DNA from: Chthoniobacteraceae bacterium | GTDB lineage: Bacteria > Verrucomicrobiota > Verrucomicrobiia > Chthoniobacterales > Chthoniobacteraceae | Direction of reading: 5' to 3' | DNA: 45,086 nt | Assembly (NCBI GenBank): GCA_040081625.1 | Contig: JBEBGD010000036.1 | Coordinates: 1 to 45,086 of the forward strand | Part shown: positions 28,540-38,435 of the stretch, one piece after another | Numbering within the stretch: position 1 is the first letter of the stretch | How the letters are laid out: each line of letters opens with the position of its first letter | Notes under the pieces: model-generated | Seen by the model: only the letters and a program-made list of their open reading frames with translations | Told to the model about the DNA's origin: nothing | Databases searched by the model: none | Position numbers and translations under genes: made by a program

Positions 28540-29898
28540 TTACTTGGCCGCCTTGGCGGGCTGCGCCGCAGGCACCGGATAGCGAAGCACGTGGGCTCGA
28601 TCGTCGCGCAGATACTCGCGCGCGACGCGCTGGAGGTCCTCGCGCTTCACGGCCATGTAGCGCGCGAGTTCGGTATTGATGAGGTTCGCGTCGCCGTAAA
28701 AGACTCGGTAGCGGGCGAGGTTCTTCGCGCGGGCGCTCATCGAGCCGAAGCTCATCGCGAAGTCGGCCTCCTGCTGGTTGCGCGCCTTCTGAAACTCGTC
28801 CTCGGTCACGCCTTTCTCGCGCACGGCCTTGATCTCCGCGGCGATGAGCTTGTCGAGTTTGTCGAGCGCGACGCCGTTCTGCCCCGTGGCGAAGACGCCG
28901 AGCATCCCGCATTGCTCCTGGAGAAAGGCGAACGCATCGACGCCGACGGCGACCTGCTCCTGATCGACCAGCCGCCGGTAAAGCCGCGAGCTGCGACCCT
29001 TGCTGAGGATGTTGCCGAGCATCTCCATCGGATACGCATCGGGATTCGTCTCCGCCGGCGCGCGCCACGCGTGGAGCGTCGCGGGCAGCGGCGTGTTGTC
29101 CTTCGTCACGTCCTTGGCGACGCGCTTCACATCGAGATCCCACTTCACCTCCGGACGCTTGATCTTCGCGCCGCGCGGGATCGGGCCGAAGTATTCCTCG
29201 ACCAGTTTGCGCGTGCGAGCGCTGTCGAAATCCCCGGCGATGGCGAGCGTCGCGTTGTTCGGGATGTAGTAGGTTTTGTAGAAGTCGCGGAACTCCTCGA
29301 TCTTCGCCTGGTCGATGTATTGCGCCGAGCCGATGGGCGTCCACGCGTAGGGCGTGCCCTTGAAGATGAGCGCGGCGAGTTCCTCGAAGAGCGTGCCGTA
29401 GGGCTGGTTGTCCACACCGCGCCGGCGCTCCTCCTTCACGACCTGCCGCTGCGTCTCGACGCCGGTTTCATCGACCTTCGCGTGCATCATCCGCTCGCTC
29501 TCGATCCACAGCGCGAGCTCGAGTTGGTTGGCCGGGACGTTGAAATAGTAGTCCGTCTGGTCGAACGACGTGCTCGCGTTCAGGTTGCCGCCGGCGCCGG
29601 AGATGTATTTGTCGATCTTGCCGCGCGGGATGTTCTCGCTGCCCTCGAACATGAGATGCTCGAAGAAGTGCGCGAAGCCGGTGCGGTCGGCGCGCTCGTT
29701 TTTGCTGCCGACATGATAGAGCACGTAGGTCGAGACGACGGGCGCCTGGTGGTTCTCGTGCAGGATGACGTGCAGGCCATTCGGCAGATCGAATTCGGTG
29801 AACGTGATCGGCTTGATGACGGCTGGGGCATCCGCGGCGACGGCGGCGGTCGTGAGCAGCGCGAGGGCGGCGAGGGAGAGGCGAAACATGGTCGGCAT
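28540..29898 (-). CDS. M16 family zinc peptidase, catalytic subunit
   Basis: GFAHFFEHLMF (HxxEH), NASTSFDQT, VVKEERR; signal peptide. Confidence 0.93.
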   Translation of the reverse strand: MPTMFRLSLAALALLTTAAVAADAPAVIKPITFTEFDLPNGLHVILHENHQAPVVSTYVLYHVGSKNERADRTGFAHFFEHLMFEGSENIPRGKIDKYISGAGGNLNASTSFDQTDYYFNVPANQLELALWIESERMMHAKVDETGVETQRQVVKEERRRGVDNQPYGTLFEELAALIFKGTPYAWTPIGSAQYIDQAKIEEFRDFYKTYYIPNNATLAIAGDFDSARTRKLVEEYFGPIPRGAKIKRPEVKWDLDVKRVAKDVTKDNTPLPATLHAWRAPAETNPDAYPMEMLGNILSKGRSSRLYRRLVDQEQVAVGVDAFAFLQEQCGMLGVFATGQNGVALDKLDKLIAAEIKAVREKGVTEDEFQKARNQQEADFAMSFGSMSARAKNLARYRVFYGDANLINTELARYMAVKREDLQRVAREYLRDDRAHVLRYPVPAAQPAKAAK

Positions 29899-30035
29899 GG
29901 GACAGCGCGGACGCTGGAGTGTTCAGTCACGGGCCGCAAGCACCGCGCAGCCGGACAAAAGACGGGCGAAAAAGGCCATGCGATGGCGAGACGACACTCG
30001 CCATTTGCGCGCTATCTTGCGTAAATCCAAACGCC

Positions 30036-30473
30036 ATGAAAACGATCCTTGTCCCCGTCGATTTCTCCGATGTCACCGCGCGAGTGGTGGAAGCAGCGCG
30101 CTCGGTCGCCCGCGCCTACTCCGCGCGCATCGTGCTGCTGCATGTGAGCGAACCCGAGCCTGATTTCATCGGCTTCGAGCCCGGCCCGATGGCCGTGCGC
30201 ACCGCTGTGGCGCGCGATTTCAAGAAGGAGCACCAGAACCTCGACGAACTGCGCGGGAAAGCCGCGGCCGACGGCATCGAAGTGCTCGCGCTGCACGTGC
30301 AGGGACCGCTCGTGGACAAGGTGCTCGATGAAGCGACCAAGCATCACGCCGAGTGCATCGTCATGGGTTCGCACGGGCACGGCGCGCTGTTCGAGTTCCT
30401 CGTCGGCAGCGTGACCAGCGGCGTGCTGCGCGCGGCGAAGTGCCCGGTTCTCGTCGTGCCGGCGAACGTGTGA
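30036..30473 (+). CDS. Universal stress protein
   Basis: MKTILVPVDFS, IVMGSHGHG, GSVT..VLR.AKCPVLVVP. Confidence 0.93.
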   Translation: MKTILVPVDFSDVTARVVEAARSVARAYSARIVLLHVSEPEPDFIGFEPGPMAVRTAVARDFKKEHQNLDELRGKAAADGIEVLALHVQGPLVDKVLDEATKHHAECIVMGSHGHGALFEFLVGSVTSGVLRAAKCPVLVVPANV

Positions 30474-30474
30474 T

Positions 30475-30990
30475 TTAGAGCGCGGCTTCGATCGCGGCGA
30501 GCAGCTTCTCGTCGTCCGGCTCCGTGTCGCTGCCGTAACGCGCGATGACCTTCCCATCCTTGCCGACGAGGAATTTTCCGAAGTTCCATTTCACCGGCGC
30601 GCCGCCAGCCGTCAACGCAGCGTAGAGCGGATGCTGCTCCGGGCCTTTGACGTGCAGCTTCGCAAACATCGGAAAGGTGACGCTGAACCGCGAAGAGCAG
30701 AACTGCTTGATCTCCGCCTCGCTGCCCGGCTCCTGCGCGCCGAAGTCGTTGCACGGAAAGCCGAGCACCACGAGCCCGCGGTCCTTGAACTTCCGGTAGA
30801 GCGCCTCGAGCCCCTCGTATTGCGAAGTGTAGCCGCACGCGGACGCGACGTTCACGGCGAGCAGCACCTTGCCTTTGTGCGCGGCGAGCGACGTGTCCTT
30901 GCCGTCGATGTCCTTGAGCGGGATGGCGGCGAGATCGGCGGCGTGGGTCATGGTGGTGAGAGCGAAGAGGAGGGCGAGGGCGAGTTTCAT
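30475..30990 (-). CDS. Cys-type glutathione peroxidase family protein with signal peptide
   Basis: VNVASACGYT, LGFPCNDFGAQEPG, WNFGKFLV. Confidence 0.93.
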   Translation of the reverse strand: MKLALALLFALTTMTHAADLAAIPLKDIDGKDTSLAAHKGKVLLAVNVASACGYTSQYEGLEALYRKFKDRGLVVLGFPCNDFGAQEPGSEAEIKQFCSSRFSVTFPMFAKLHVKGPEQHPLYAALTAGGAPVKWNFGKFLVGKDGKVIARYGSDTEPDDEKLLAAIEAAL

Positions 30991-31340
30991 TTGGTGGTGT
31001 CGATGACTTTGTTGAGGACGAGGACGACCGTGCGTCCGGTTTCGGTGTGGCGCAACGTCAGTTCGGATACGTTCGTGCCTTCACCGGTGCCGGGATTGGG
31101 AACTTCCTTGAACTCGAACTTCACGACCCTCCATTTCGTGCCTTCGATGACGTCGCCGATCATCACGAACCTGCTGCGAGCGCCTGCGTCGAGCGCGATC
31201 ACTTGGAAGGCCATCTTCTCCGGCTGAGCCTTTCTCCCATCGCCATCGTAGGCTTGGAATTTGATGCGATCGCTCGCGGATGTCTGCGCCATCGCGGCGG
31301 CGCACGCGAGCGCGGGCAGGAGGAAGTGTCGCGCGTTCAT
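30987..31340 (-). CDS. Small secreted hypothetical protein (beta-rich)
   Basis: Signal peptide MNARHFLLPALACAAAMA; ATGA coupling to the peroxidase gene. Confidence 0.7.
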   Translation of the reverse strand: MNARHFLLPALACAAAMAQTSASDRIKFQAYDGDGRKAQPEKMAFQVIALDAGARSRFVMIGDVIEGTKWRVVKFEFKEVPNPGTGEGTNVSELTLRHTETGRTVVLVLNKVIDTTK

Positions 31341-31351
31341 CAATGCGTGGC

Positions 31352-32020
31352 TTATCCCGGAGCCCCGCGAATCACGAGCACAATCTCGCCCTTTGGCGGA
31401 TGCGTGGTGTAGTGCGCGAGCAGCTCGGCTCCGGTGCCGCGGCGGTATTCCTCGAAGGTCTTCGTGAGCTCGCGCGCGACGCACAGCTCGCGGTCGGGGA
31501 GCTTCTCCGCGCACACGGCGAGCGTTTTGAGGATGCGGTGCGTGCTTTCGAAAAAGATGCTCGTCTCCGCGCGCGTGCCGGCGGCGAGGATCTCGCGCTC
31601 GCGACCTCCGCTCTTCACCGGAAGGAAGCCGCCGTAGTAACACTGCTCCGCATCGAAGCCGCTGCCGACAAGCGCGGTGAGCACCGCGCTCGGGCCGGGG
31701 ATGATCGTGTAGGCCAGCCCACGCTCCTGGCACGCGCGGAGCAGGCGATGGCCCGGGTCGCTGATGCCGGGCAACCCGGCGTCGCTGATCACGGCGATGT
31801 GTTTCCCCTCGGCGAGCTGCTCGATGAGTTCCGCCGTGCGCTTCGCTTCGTTGTGCGCGTGGTAGGAGACGAGCGGCTTCCTGATTTCGTAATGCTGGAG
31901 CAGGCGCAGCGAATGACGCGTGTCTTCGCACGCGATCACGTCGGCGGCCTTGAGCGTCTCGAGCGCGCGCAGCGTGATGTCGGCGAGATTTCCGATCGGC
32001 GTGGCGACGAGGCTGAGCAT
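31352..32020 (-). CDS. rsmI: 16S rRNA (cytidine1402-2'-O)-methyltransferase
   Basis: VATPIGNLADIT.RA, ACEDTR, SDAGLPGISDPG, RELTK.FEE, KGEIV. Confidence 0.95.
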   Translation of the reverse strand: MLSLVATPIGNLADITLRALETLKAADVIACEDTRHSLRLLQHYEIRKPLVSYHAHNEAKRTAELIEQLAEGKHIAVISDAGLPGISDPGHRLLRACQERGLAYTIIPGPSAVLTALVGSGFDAEQCYYGGFLPVKSGGREREILAAGTRAETSIFFESTHRILKTLAVCAEKLPDRELCVARELTKTFEEYRRGTGAELLAHYTTHPPKGEIVLVIRGAPG

Positions 32021-32027
32021 GGGGCGC

Positions 32028-34070
32028 TCAGATACCGCGCGCCGGCACGCTGCCAAGGGTCCGCTGCAAGTTCGTATGGAAGGTGCCGAGCGGGAATTCG
32101 TCGGGGTGGATCACGTCGAGCCAGCGCTTCGGGTCGGCTTCGTCGGTGACGGCGCGCGCGTCGGCGCGCCATTTCGAGGCGACGTTCGGCGGGACATGGC
32201 GCGCGATCAGATCGTGCGCGGCGAGCCAGAAGGTCATCTTCGAGCAGTCGCTGCCGAACTTATAGAGCGCGCGCAGTTCCGCGGCGAGAGCCGCGACGGC
32301 ATCGTCGAGAAGTTCCCATCGGATCGTGAGCCGGTTGTCGCTCCAGACGATCGCGTCGCGCTGGTGGAGGAAGGCGAAGAGGAGCTGGCCGCCGAGCGCG
32401 TCGTAGTTGCGCACGCGCGAGCCGGTGATCGGGAAGCGGAAGATGCGGTCGAGCACGATCGCGCAGCCGACGTATCGGGCGAAGGGGAAGCCCTCGCGAG
32501 CGAGTTGCGCGGCCTCGCCGTAGCTGCGCAGATCGACGCGCAGCTCCTCGATGCCATACATCCAGAACGGCGCGCGCTGCCGGATCATGAACGGATCGAA
32601 CGGCAGTTCACCGGCGCTGTGCGACGTGTCGTGGATGAGATCCCACAACGCGAGGGTGTCTTCGATGAGCACGGGCGAGCGCAGCCAGAACTCCAGCTCC
32701 GGATGCAGCGCGAGCCGCACGGCTTCCGCGCAGCGCAGCACGGTGCGCTGGAGGCGCGCGGCTTCACGATCGCAGAAAATCGTGGCGAACTGATGCGTCG
32801 GCGCGCCGGCGACGGAGACCGTCTCGGGAAAGAGCACCGCGCACTCGCTCGCGTAGCCGTCGGTGAAATCGAGAAGATGCCCGGGGACGAACTTGTTGTT
32901 GTGAAAGCGGGTGCGCTCGAGCTGCGCGAGCCACTCGGGCCACGGCGTGCGAAAGAGGATCGCCTCGAAGCGAACGTCGCTCGATGCGTTCGGCGTGTAG
33001 AGCGGGAAGACGGCGAGCGTCTCGATGCCATCGCGCCGGTGCTGCTGCGGCGCGAAGGCGGCGAGCGACGCGGCGAAGTCGGGCTTCGGAAAGCCGGCGG
33101 CGCGCCACGCGTGAAAGTCGCGGTCGAGCGCGGCGAAATATTCCGACTCGTGCGGGAACTCTGGCGCCAGCGCAGTGAGCGTGGCGCGGGTCTCGTCGAG
33201 CAAGGCGGAGGCGCGCTCGTGCGCGGAGTCCGGAACCGAGCCGTCGGCCGACTGCAAGACGCGCAACGCGTTTATCGAGCCGCGCAGCGGGCCCATCTCC
33301 CGCAGCGGTGCGGACGCGCTCGCAGTGGCCCGAGGGGCGGCGAGCCAATACACGATATTCAGCCAAAGCTGCGCGTGGTCGTGCTCGCCGAAACGTTCGT
33401 CGCCGAAGAGCACCGAGTCGCTCACCACGGCGATGCGTCCGCTGCCGAGCGTCGCCGTCGCGATCACGGCCGCGTTCGGCGGATGTGCGGCCTCGGACGC
33501 GGTCCATGCGGGATTTCCACCCGTGCACCAACCGGCGCGGTAGAAGCACGCGCGCGCGGCGCGATGCGCGAGCGGCGTGTCGCCGGGCGCGGCGAGGAAC
33601 CACTCAGGGTTGTCGTGCGCGCAGGCGGTGCGGTCGAAGACCTTTCCGTTCTCAATGCGGATGCCGGCGGGCGCGAGCAACTCGTTGAGGTTGTCGCCAT
33701 ATTTGTCGTGCTCGTATTCGGTGATGACGAGCAACCCGCCGCCGGCGCGCACCCACGTATGCACGGCTTCGATTTCCGCCGGTGAAAAGGCGGGTGAGTT
33801 TGGCGAGGTCGTGCGTTCCCAATGCGGGTCGCACGGGTGCGCCAGCACGAGGACGCCGATGCCTTCGAGCTTCGCGGCGCCCAGCGGAGCATCGATGTTT
33901 CGGCCGACGATGAAGTCGCGCGCGGCGAGCGCGTCGGCGGCGCGCTGGTAGCTGGCGCCGGCGGGGTTCTCGGGCTGGAACTCGCGCGCACGATCGAGCG
34001 AACAGCTCCAGCTCTCGCTGTGCCACTCGTCGAACAGGACCCGGACGGTTTTGCGCTGCGGGATGTGCAT
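32028..34070 (-). CDS. DUF6421-like protein with N-terminal class I GATase-like domain
   Basis: N-terminal VLFDEWHSE...WVRAGGGLLV...GRIAVVSDSVLF; C-terminal FCDREAAR, LWDLIHDTSH, LPFDPFMI, EELRVD, RVRNYDALGGQLLF. Confidence 0.7.
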   Translation of the reverse strand: MHIPQRKTVRVLFDEWHSESWSCSLDRAREFQPENPAGASYQRAADALAARDFIVGRNIDAPLGAAKLEGIGVLVLAHPCDPHWERTTSPNSPAFSPAEIEAVHTWVRAGGGLLVITEYEHDKYGDNLNELLAPAGIRIENGKVFDRTACAHDNPEWFLAAPGDTPLAHRAARACFYRAGWCTGGNPAWTASEAAHPPNAAVIATATLGSGRIAVVSDSVLFGDERFGEHDHAQLWLNIVYWLAAPRATASASAPLREMGPLRGSINALRVLQSADGSVPDSAHERASALLDETRATLTALAPEFPHESEYFAALDRDFHAWRAAGFPKPDFAASLAAFAPQQHRRDGIETLAVFPLYTPNASSDVRFEAILFRTPWPEWLAQLERTRFHNNKFVPGHLLDFTDGYASECAVLFPETVSVAGAPTHQFATIFCDREAARLQRTVLRCAEAVRLALHPELEFWLRSPVLIEDTLALWDLIHDTSHSAGELPFDPFMIRQRAPFWMYGIEELRVDLRSYGEAAQLAREGFPFARYVGCAIVLDRIFRFPITGSRVRNYDALGGQLLFAFLHQRDAIVWSDNRLTIRWELLDDAVAALAAELRALYKFGSDCSKMTFWLAAHDLIARHVPPNVASKWRADARAVTDEADPKRWLDVIHPDEFPLGTFHTNLQRTLGSVPARGI

Positions 34071-34125
34071 GACGTTCTCCCGCGAGGACTCTAGCTCCGA
34101 GGCTGTGGCTTCGCCACCGGCTCGA

Positions 34126-36489
34126 TCACGCGATGACTTCGTCGGGTGCGTCGCCGCGGCGGATTTCCTCGGCGAGGTCGGCGCCGGACTTGCGGCTCCA
34201 CCAGAGGACGATCGGCGCCGCGACGAAGATCGAGGAGTAGGTGCCGACGAGGACGCCGATGAGGATCGTGAGGGCGAAGTCGGCGAGCACGGGGCCGCCG
34301 AACATGAAGAGGATGAGCGTGGTGAGCAGCGTGACGCCGCCGGTGAGCACGGTGCGGGAGAGCGTTTCATTGATCGCGAGATTCATGATCTCGGCGATCG
34401 ATCCGCGGCGGCGTGCCTTGATGTTTTCGCGGATGCGGTCGAAGACGACGATCGTGTCGTTGACCGAGTAGCCGGCGATGGTGAGGATGGCGCCGATGAT
34501 GACCAGCGAGAGTTCGCGCCCCATGAGGCTGAAGACGCCGATGGTGATGATGACATCGTGCAGCAAGGCGACGAGGGCGCCGACGGCGAAGCTCAACTCG
34601 AAGCGCACGCTGACGTAGAGGAGGATGCCGAGCATGCCGAGGCCGAGGGCGACGAGCGAATTGGTGGCAAGTTCCTTGCCGACGAGGGCGCCGACACTCT
34701 CGAGTTGCTCCTTCTTGAACCCGGCTTCCGGCATCGTCTTCGTGAGATGGTCCGCGATCGCAGTGCCGGTGGCCTTCGGACTGCGGATGACGGTGAACTC
34801 GGTGGAGGCGCTCTTTTCGGTCTGCACGACGACGTCGCCGATCTTGAGCGTGTCAACGGCGGCGCGCACTTCGCCGTCAGTCGGCTTGTTTTTCGCCAGC
34901 AGCACGAGGCGATCGCCGCCACGAAAATCGACGCCGAAATTCGCCTCGCCGTGCCAGGCGAAGATGCCGAAGGCGAGGCCGATGATGGTGAGCGAACCGG
35001 TGATCGCGACGCGGCGCTTGCCGAGGAAATCGATCTTGGTCGGCTTGATGAGATTGCTCATCGTGATCTTCTTCAGCCAGCCGAGGCGGATCGACCACTC
35101 GAAGAGGTTGCGGGTGAGGACCAGCGCGGTGAAGAGCGAGGCGATGATGCCGAGCGTGAGCGTGACGGCGAAGCCCTTGACGGGGCCCGTGGCTTTCCAG
35201 AAGAGCAGCCCCGCGGTGATCAGCGTGGTGATGTTCGAATCGAAAATCGCGCTGAAGGCTTTGTCGTATGCTGCAGCGATCGACGCCTTGAGCGATTTGC
35301 CCTCGGCCATTTCCTCGCGCAGCCGCTCGTAGATGAGGACGTTGGCGTCGATGGCCATGCCGAGGGTGAGGATGATGCCCGCGATGCCGGGCAGCGTGAG
35401 CACGGACGAGAACATCCCCATCGCGCCGAAAAGAATGACCACGTTCGCGGTGAGCGCGATATTCGCCACGAGGCCGGCAAACCGGTAGTAGAGCAGCACT
35501 GCGATCAGCGTAAGGATCACGCCGTAGAGGCCGGACTTGACGCCGCTGTTGATCGAGTCGGCGCCGAGCGAGGGCGACGTGCTGCGCTCCTCCTCGATGG
35601 CGACCGGCGTCTGCAGCGGGTTCTCCAGCGAGCTCGCGAGATTGCGCGCGCTGCGTTCGTCGAAGCTGCCGGAGATTTCGCAACGGCCGCCGAGGATCGG
35701 GCCGTCGTTGACGCCCGGCGCGGAGATGACTTTGCCGTCGAGGATGATCGCGAGCGCGGAACGGTCATTGTGGACCTCGGTCGTGAGCTTGCCGAAAATG
35801 TCCGCGCCTTCGCGGTCGAAGAGCAGGTGCACGATCCAGCCCTTGGCTTCGAATGAGGTGCCCGCCCGCGCGACGTGTTTGCCTTCGAGGTCCGGCTTCT
35901 TGCGCACGATGATCTCGCCGCGATCGACCGGCTGGCCGTCCTCCATTTCCACGTGGGGCAATCGGACGTATCCAGGATCAGGAGGCACTGCGCCGGCGAC
36001 GATGCCGCTGCTCTGCGGATGAACTTTGCGGAACTCGAGCTTGGCGACCTTCTGGAGTTGCTCGCGCGTGTCCTGGAGCTTCTCCGGCGCGAGCCCGGGG
36101 ATCTGCACGATGATCCGGTCCTCGCCCGACGGCGCGATCACCGGCTCGGAGGTGCCGAGCGAATCGACGCGCTTGCGGATGACTTCCACCGCCTGGTCCA
36201 CCATCGATGGGGTGATGATGCGCTTTTCCATCGTCACCTGGCCGTCCGGCCCGGTGATCTCGACTTCTTCCTGCACGAGGCGGACGAGGAAGCTGGTGCC
36301 GCCCTTCAAGTCGAGGCCGAGCTGAACTCGCTCGCTCGGCGGATTGAGCGACGCGAGGCACAGCGCCACAAGCAGGACCGTGAGCAGCGAACCGAGGATG
36401 CGCTTGAGCCGCTCCTGATCGGTGAACAGATACCAGCCGAAGAGGGCCAGCAGCCCGATGCCGGCGATGAATATGAATGTGGGACTCAT
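34126..36489 (-). CDS. secDF: Fused protein translocase subunit SecDF
   Basis: LGLDLKGG, TLPGIAGIILTLGMAIDANVLIYERLREE, GVDFRGG, GYSVNDTIVVFDRIRE. Confidence 0.96.
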   Translation of the reverse strand: MSPTFIFIAGIGLLALFGWYLFTDQERLKRILGSLLTVLLVALCLASLNPPSERVQLGLDLKGGTSFLVRLVQEEVEITGPDGQVTMEKRIITPSMVDQAVEVIRKRVDSLGTSEPVIAPSGEDRIIVQIPGLAPEKLQDTREQLQKVAKLEFRKVHPQSSGIVAGAVPPDPGYVRLPHVEMEDGQPVDRGEIIVRKKPDLEGKHVARAGTSFEAKGWIVHLLFDREGADIFGKLTTEVHNDRSALAIILDGKVISAPGVNDGPILGGRCEISGSFDERSARNLASSLENPLQTPVAIEEERSTSPSLGADSINSGVKSGLYGVILTLIAVLLYYRFAGLVANIALTANVVILFGAMGMFSSVLTLPGIAGIILTLGMAIDANVLIYERLREEMAEGKSLKASIAAAYDKAFSAIFDSNITTLITAGLLFWKATGPVKGFAVTLTLGIIASLFTALVLTRNLFEWSIRLGWLKKITMSNLIKPTKIDFLGKRRVAITGSLTIIGLAFGIFAWHGEANFGVDFRGGDRLVLLAKNKPTDGEVRAAVDTLKIGDVVVQTEKSASTEFTVIRSPKATGTAIADHLTKTMPEAGFKKEQLESVGALVGKELATNSLVALGLGMLGILLYVSVRFELSFAVGALVALLHDVIITIGVFSLMGRELSLVIIGAILTIAGYSVNDTIVVFDRIRENIKARRRGSIAEIMNLAINETLSRTVLTGGVTLLTTLILFMFGGPVLADFALTILIGVLVGTYSSIFVAAPIVLWWSRKSGADLAEEIRRGDAPDEVIA

Positions 36490-36516
36490 GGAGTGATCAG
36501 GGGTTGAGTGCGTGCC

Positions 36517-36864
36517 TTACGGCTTGGCTTCGATCGTCTTGTCCTTGAGCACGGTGGCGACGGCGCTCTTCTCGATCTCGATCTTCACGTTCTCGGCAAT
36601 TTTCAGCGTGAGCGCGGTCGAGTCGTCGCCGCGCACATTGGCGATGACGCCGTGGATGCCGCCATTGGTGACGACGCGGTCGCCGGTCTTGAGCGCCTTG
36701 AGCTGCTTCTCGAGCTCCTGCTGCTTTTTGCGCTGCGGGCGGATCATGAGGAAATACATGATCGCAAACAGGAAGAGCATCATCGGCAGCATGCCGAGGC
36801 CGGAGTCCGGGGCCTTGGGTGGCGTGGGCGTTTGCGCGAGGACGATGGCGAGGTTTGAGATCAT
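36517..36864 (-). CDS. yajC: Preprotein translocase subunit YajC
   Basis: YFLMIRPQRKKQ, LKTGDRVVTNGGIHG; directly upstream of secDF. Confidence 0.95.
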   Translation of the reverse strand: MISNLAIVLAQTPTPPKAPDSGLGMLPMMLFLFAIMYFLMIRPQRKKQQELEKQLKALKTGDRVVTNGGIHGVIANVRGDDSTALTLKIAENVKIEIEKSAVATVLKDKTIEAKP

Positions 36865-36936
36865 GCGGATGGTCGGAAAATGGGGCGCGAACGCTAGGCG
36901 GGAAGGGGGGGCTGTCCACAGGGGATTTCCCGCAGG

Positions 36937-37038
36937 TTCTTACTCTTAATCTTCATCCTAATCTTAATCCTAATCTTACTCCCAGCGGTGCGAACGCACG
37001 ACTCAGAGTAAGATTAAGAACAAGATTAGGATTAAGAA
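36937..37038. repeat. AT-rich hexamer tandem repeats in inverted arms
   Basis: (TAATCT/TAATCC/TACTCT)n at 36937-36981 and (AGATTA/GGATTA)n at 37006-37038. Confidence 0.85.
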
Positions 37039-37047
37039 TACAGCCCG

Positions 37048-37641
37048 CTACAGGAATGGCAGCAGCCGCTGCGGATCGGCGACCGAGTAGGAGGCTTCGC
37101 CCTCGCTCTTGCGCAGGTAGATGAGGTCGAGCACTTCCAGCGCGTGGAGCACACGGGCGCGCGCGGCTTCCTCCGGCATCTCGAGCGGCACATCCGTCTC
37201 CACGACCCGGCCCGCGCGCACGACGCGGACGAGGAAATCGGCCGCCGTGTGAAGATGATCGTCGCTCAGCCGGATGAGCTTTCGCAGGCCATGCACTGTC
37301 GCGAAGGTCGCGCGGGTGGGGAGCAGCAGCAGCTCGAGCAGGATCACGGTGGCGGCTTTCTCTTCGCGCACGCGCGACCAAAACCCCCGCCGGCGCGCGA
37401 TCCAGCCCACGATCAGCAGCACGATCACCGCGATCGCGAAGCCGCGATCGAAGCGCCCGGGCATGGTCGCATCGAGGCCCTTGATGACGGTCGCGCCGAG
37501 CACGATGACCCAGCGCGCGATGAAGTAGATCGCCAACCACATGAACGCCACGGCGACGACGCTCCACACGGTCGTGATCCATACGAACCGGTTGTGCGCG
37601 GAGATCTTGCGGCGGAGCGCTTCGCGCAGGCGCTCGTTCAC
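37048..37641 (-). CDS. Hypothetical membrane protein (GTG start)
   Basis: Two to three TM helices; GTGA overlap with the larE stop. Confidence 0.7.
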   Translation of the reverse strand: MNERLREALRRKISAHNRFVWITTVWSVVAVAFMWLAIYFIARWVIVLGATVIKGLDATMPGRFDRGFAIAVIVLLIVGWIARRRGFWSRVREEKAATVILLELLLLPTRATFATVHGLRKLIRLSDDHLHTAADFLVRVVRAGRVVETDVPLEMPEEAARARVLHALEVLDLIYLRKSEGEASYSVADPQRLLPFL

Positions 37642-38435
37642 GCGGCGGCGGCTGAACGGTAGCCGAGGGGATCGATCTCCACGCCGCTGTAGCCGGCCGC
37701 AATCACGCCGGCCTCGAGCGCGGCGCGGACCTCCGGGAGCCGGCTCATTTCCTCCGGCGCGATCTGCACCCGCGCGCGGATGGCATCGCCTTCGACGATG
37801 TGTCGCACGCGGAAGACGCGAAAGCCGAGCGCGCGCAAGACTGCTTCGCCGCGCTCGACCATCGCGAGCGCATCGAGAGTGACCGGCGTGCCCCACGGGA
37901 TGCGCGAACTGAGGCACGGCTGCGCCGGCGCGTCGGCGGTGGGCAGGCCGAGCGCGTGTGAAAGCTCGCGGATTTCCGCCTTCGTCAGCCCCGCATCGCG
38001 CAGCGGCGCGAGCACCGCGAACTCCTCCGCCGCCTTCCGTCCGGGCCGCACCTGCGTCATGTCGTCGGCATTTTCGCCGTAGGCGATCGCGCGAAAGCCC
38101 CGCGTCCTCGCGAGCGCATCGAGATGCGTGAAAAGCTCGGCTTTGCAGAAGTAGCAGCGGTTCGGCGGATTCGACGCGTAGTCGGGATTGTCGAGCTCGC
38201 CCGTCTTCACGACTTCCACGCGTGCGCCGATCTGCGCCGCGACCTCGAGCGCCTCGGCCAGCGCTGCGCGCGGCAGGCTCGGGCTGTCCGCGATCACGCC
38301 GAGCACCGCATCGCCGAGCGTGCGATGCGCCTCGGCGAGCAGATACGCGCTGTCCACGCCGCCGCTGTAGGCGATCGCGAGCGGCGCGTGGGTGCGAAGC
38401 AGGGAGTGGAGATGCGCGAGCTTTTCGGCGCTCAT
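37638..38435 (-). CDS. larE: ATP-dependent sulfur transferase LarE
   Basis: AYSGGVDS PP-loop, RCYFCK, RPG, PCLSSRIP. Confidence 0.9.
   Translation of the reverse strand: MSAEKLAHLHSLLRTHAPLAIAYSGGVDSAYLLAEAHRTLGDAVLGVIADSPSLPRAALAEALEVAAQIGARVEVVKTGELDNPDYASNPPNRCYFCKAELFTHLDALARTRGFRAIAYGENADDMTQVRPGRKAAEEFAVLAPLRDAGLTKAEIRELSHALGLPTADAPAQPCLSSRIPWGTPVTLDALAMVERGEAVLRALGFRVFRVRHIVEGDAIRARVQIAPEEMSRLPEVRAALEAGVIAAGYSGVEIDPLGYRSAAAA

Noticed and set aside
27113..29344. 743-aa extended M16 subunit, and similar extensions at 30987-31931, 32028-34370 and 37048-38550
   Set aside because: Extensions are off-frame reads of the upstream genes; true starts are supported by signal peptides, motifs or stop/start overlaps.
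30820..30850. Selenocysteine in the glutathione peroxidase
   Set aside because: The active-site codon is TGC (Cys), not TGA.
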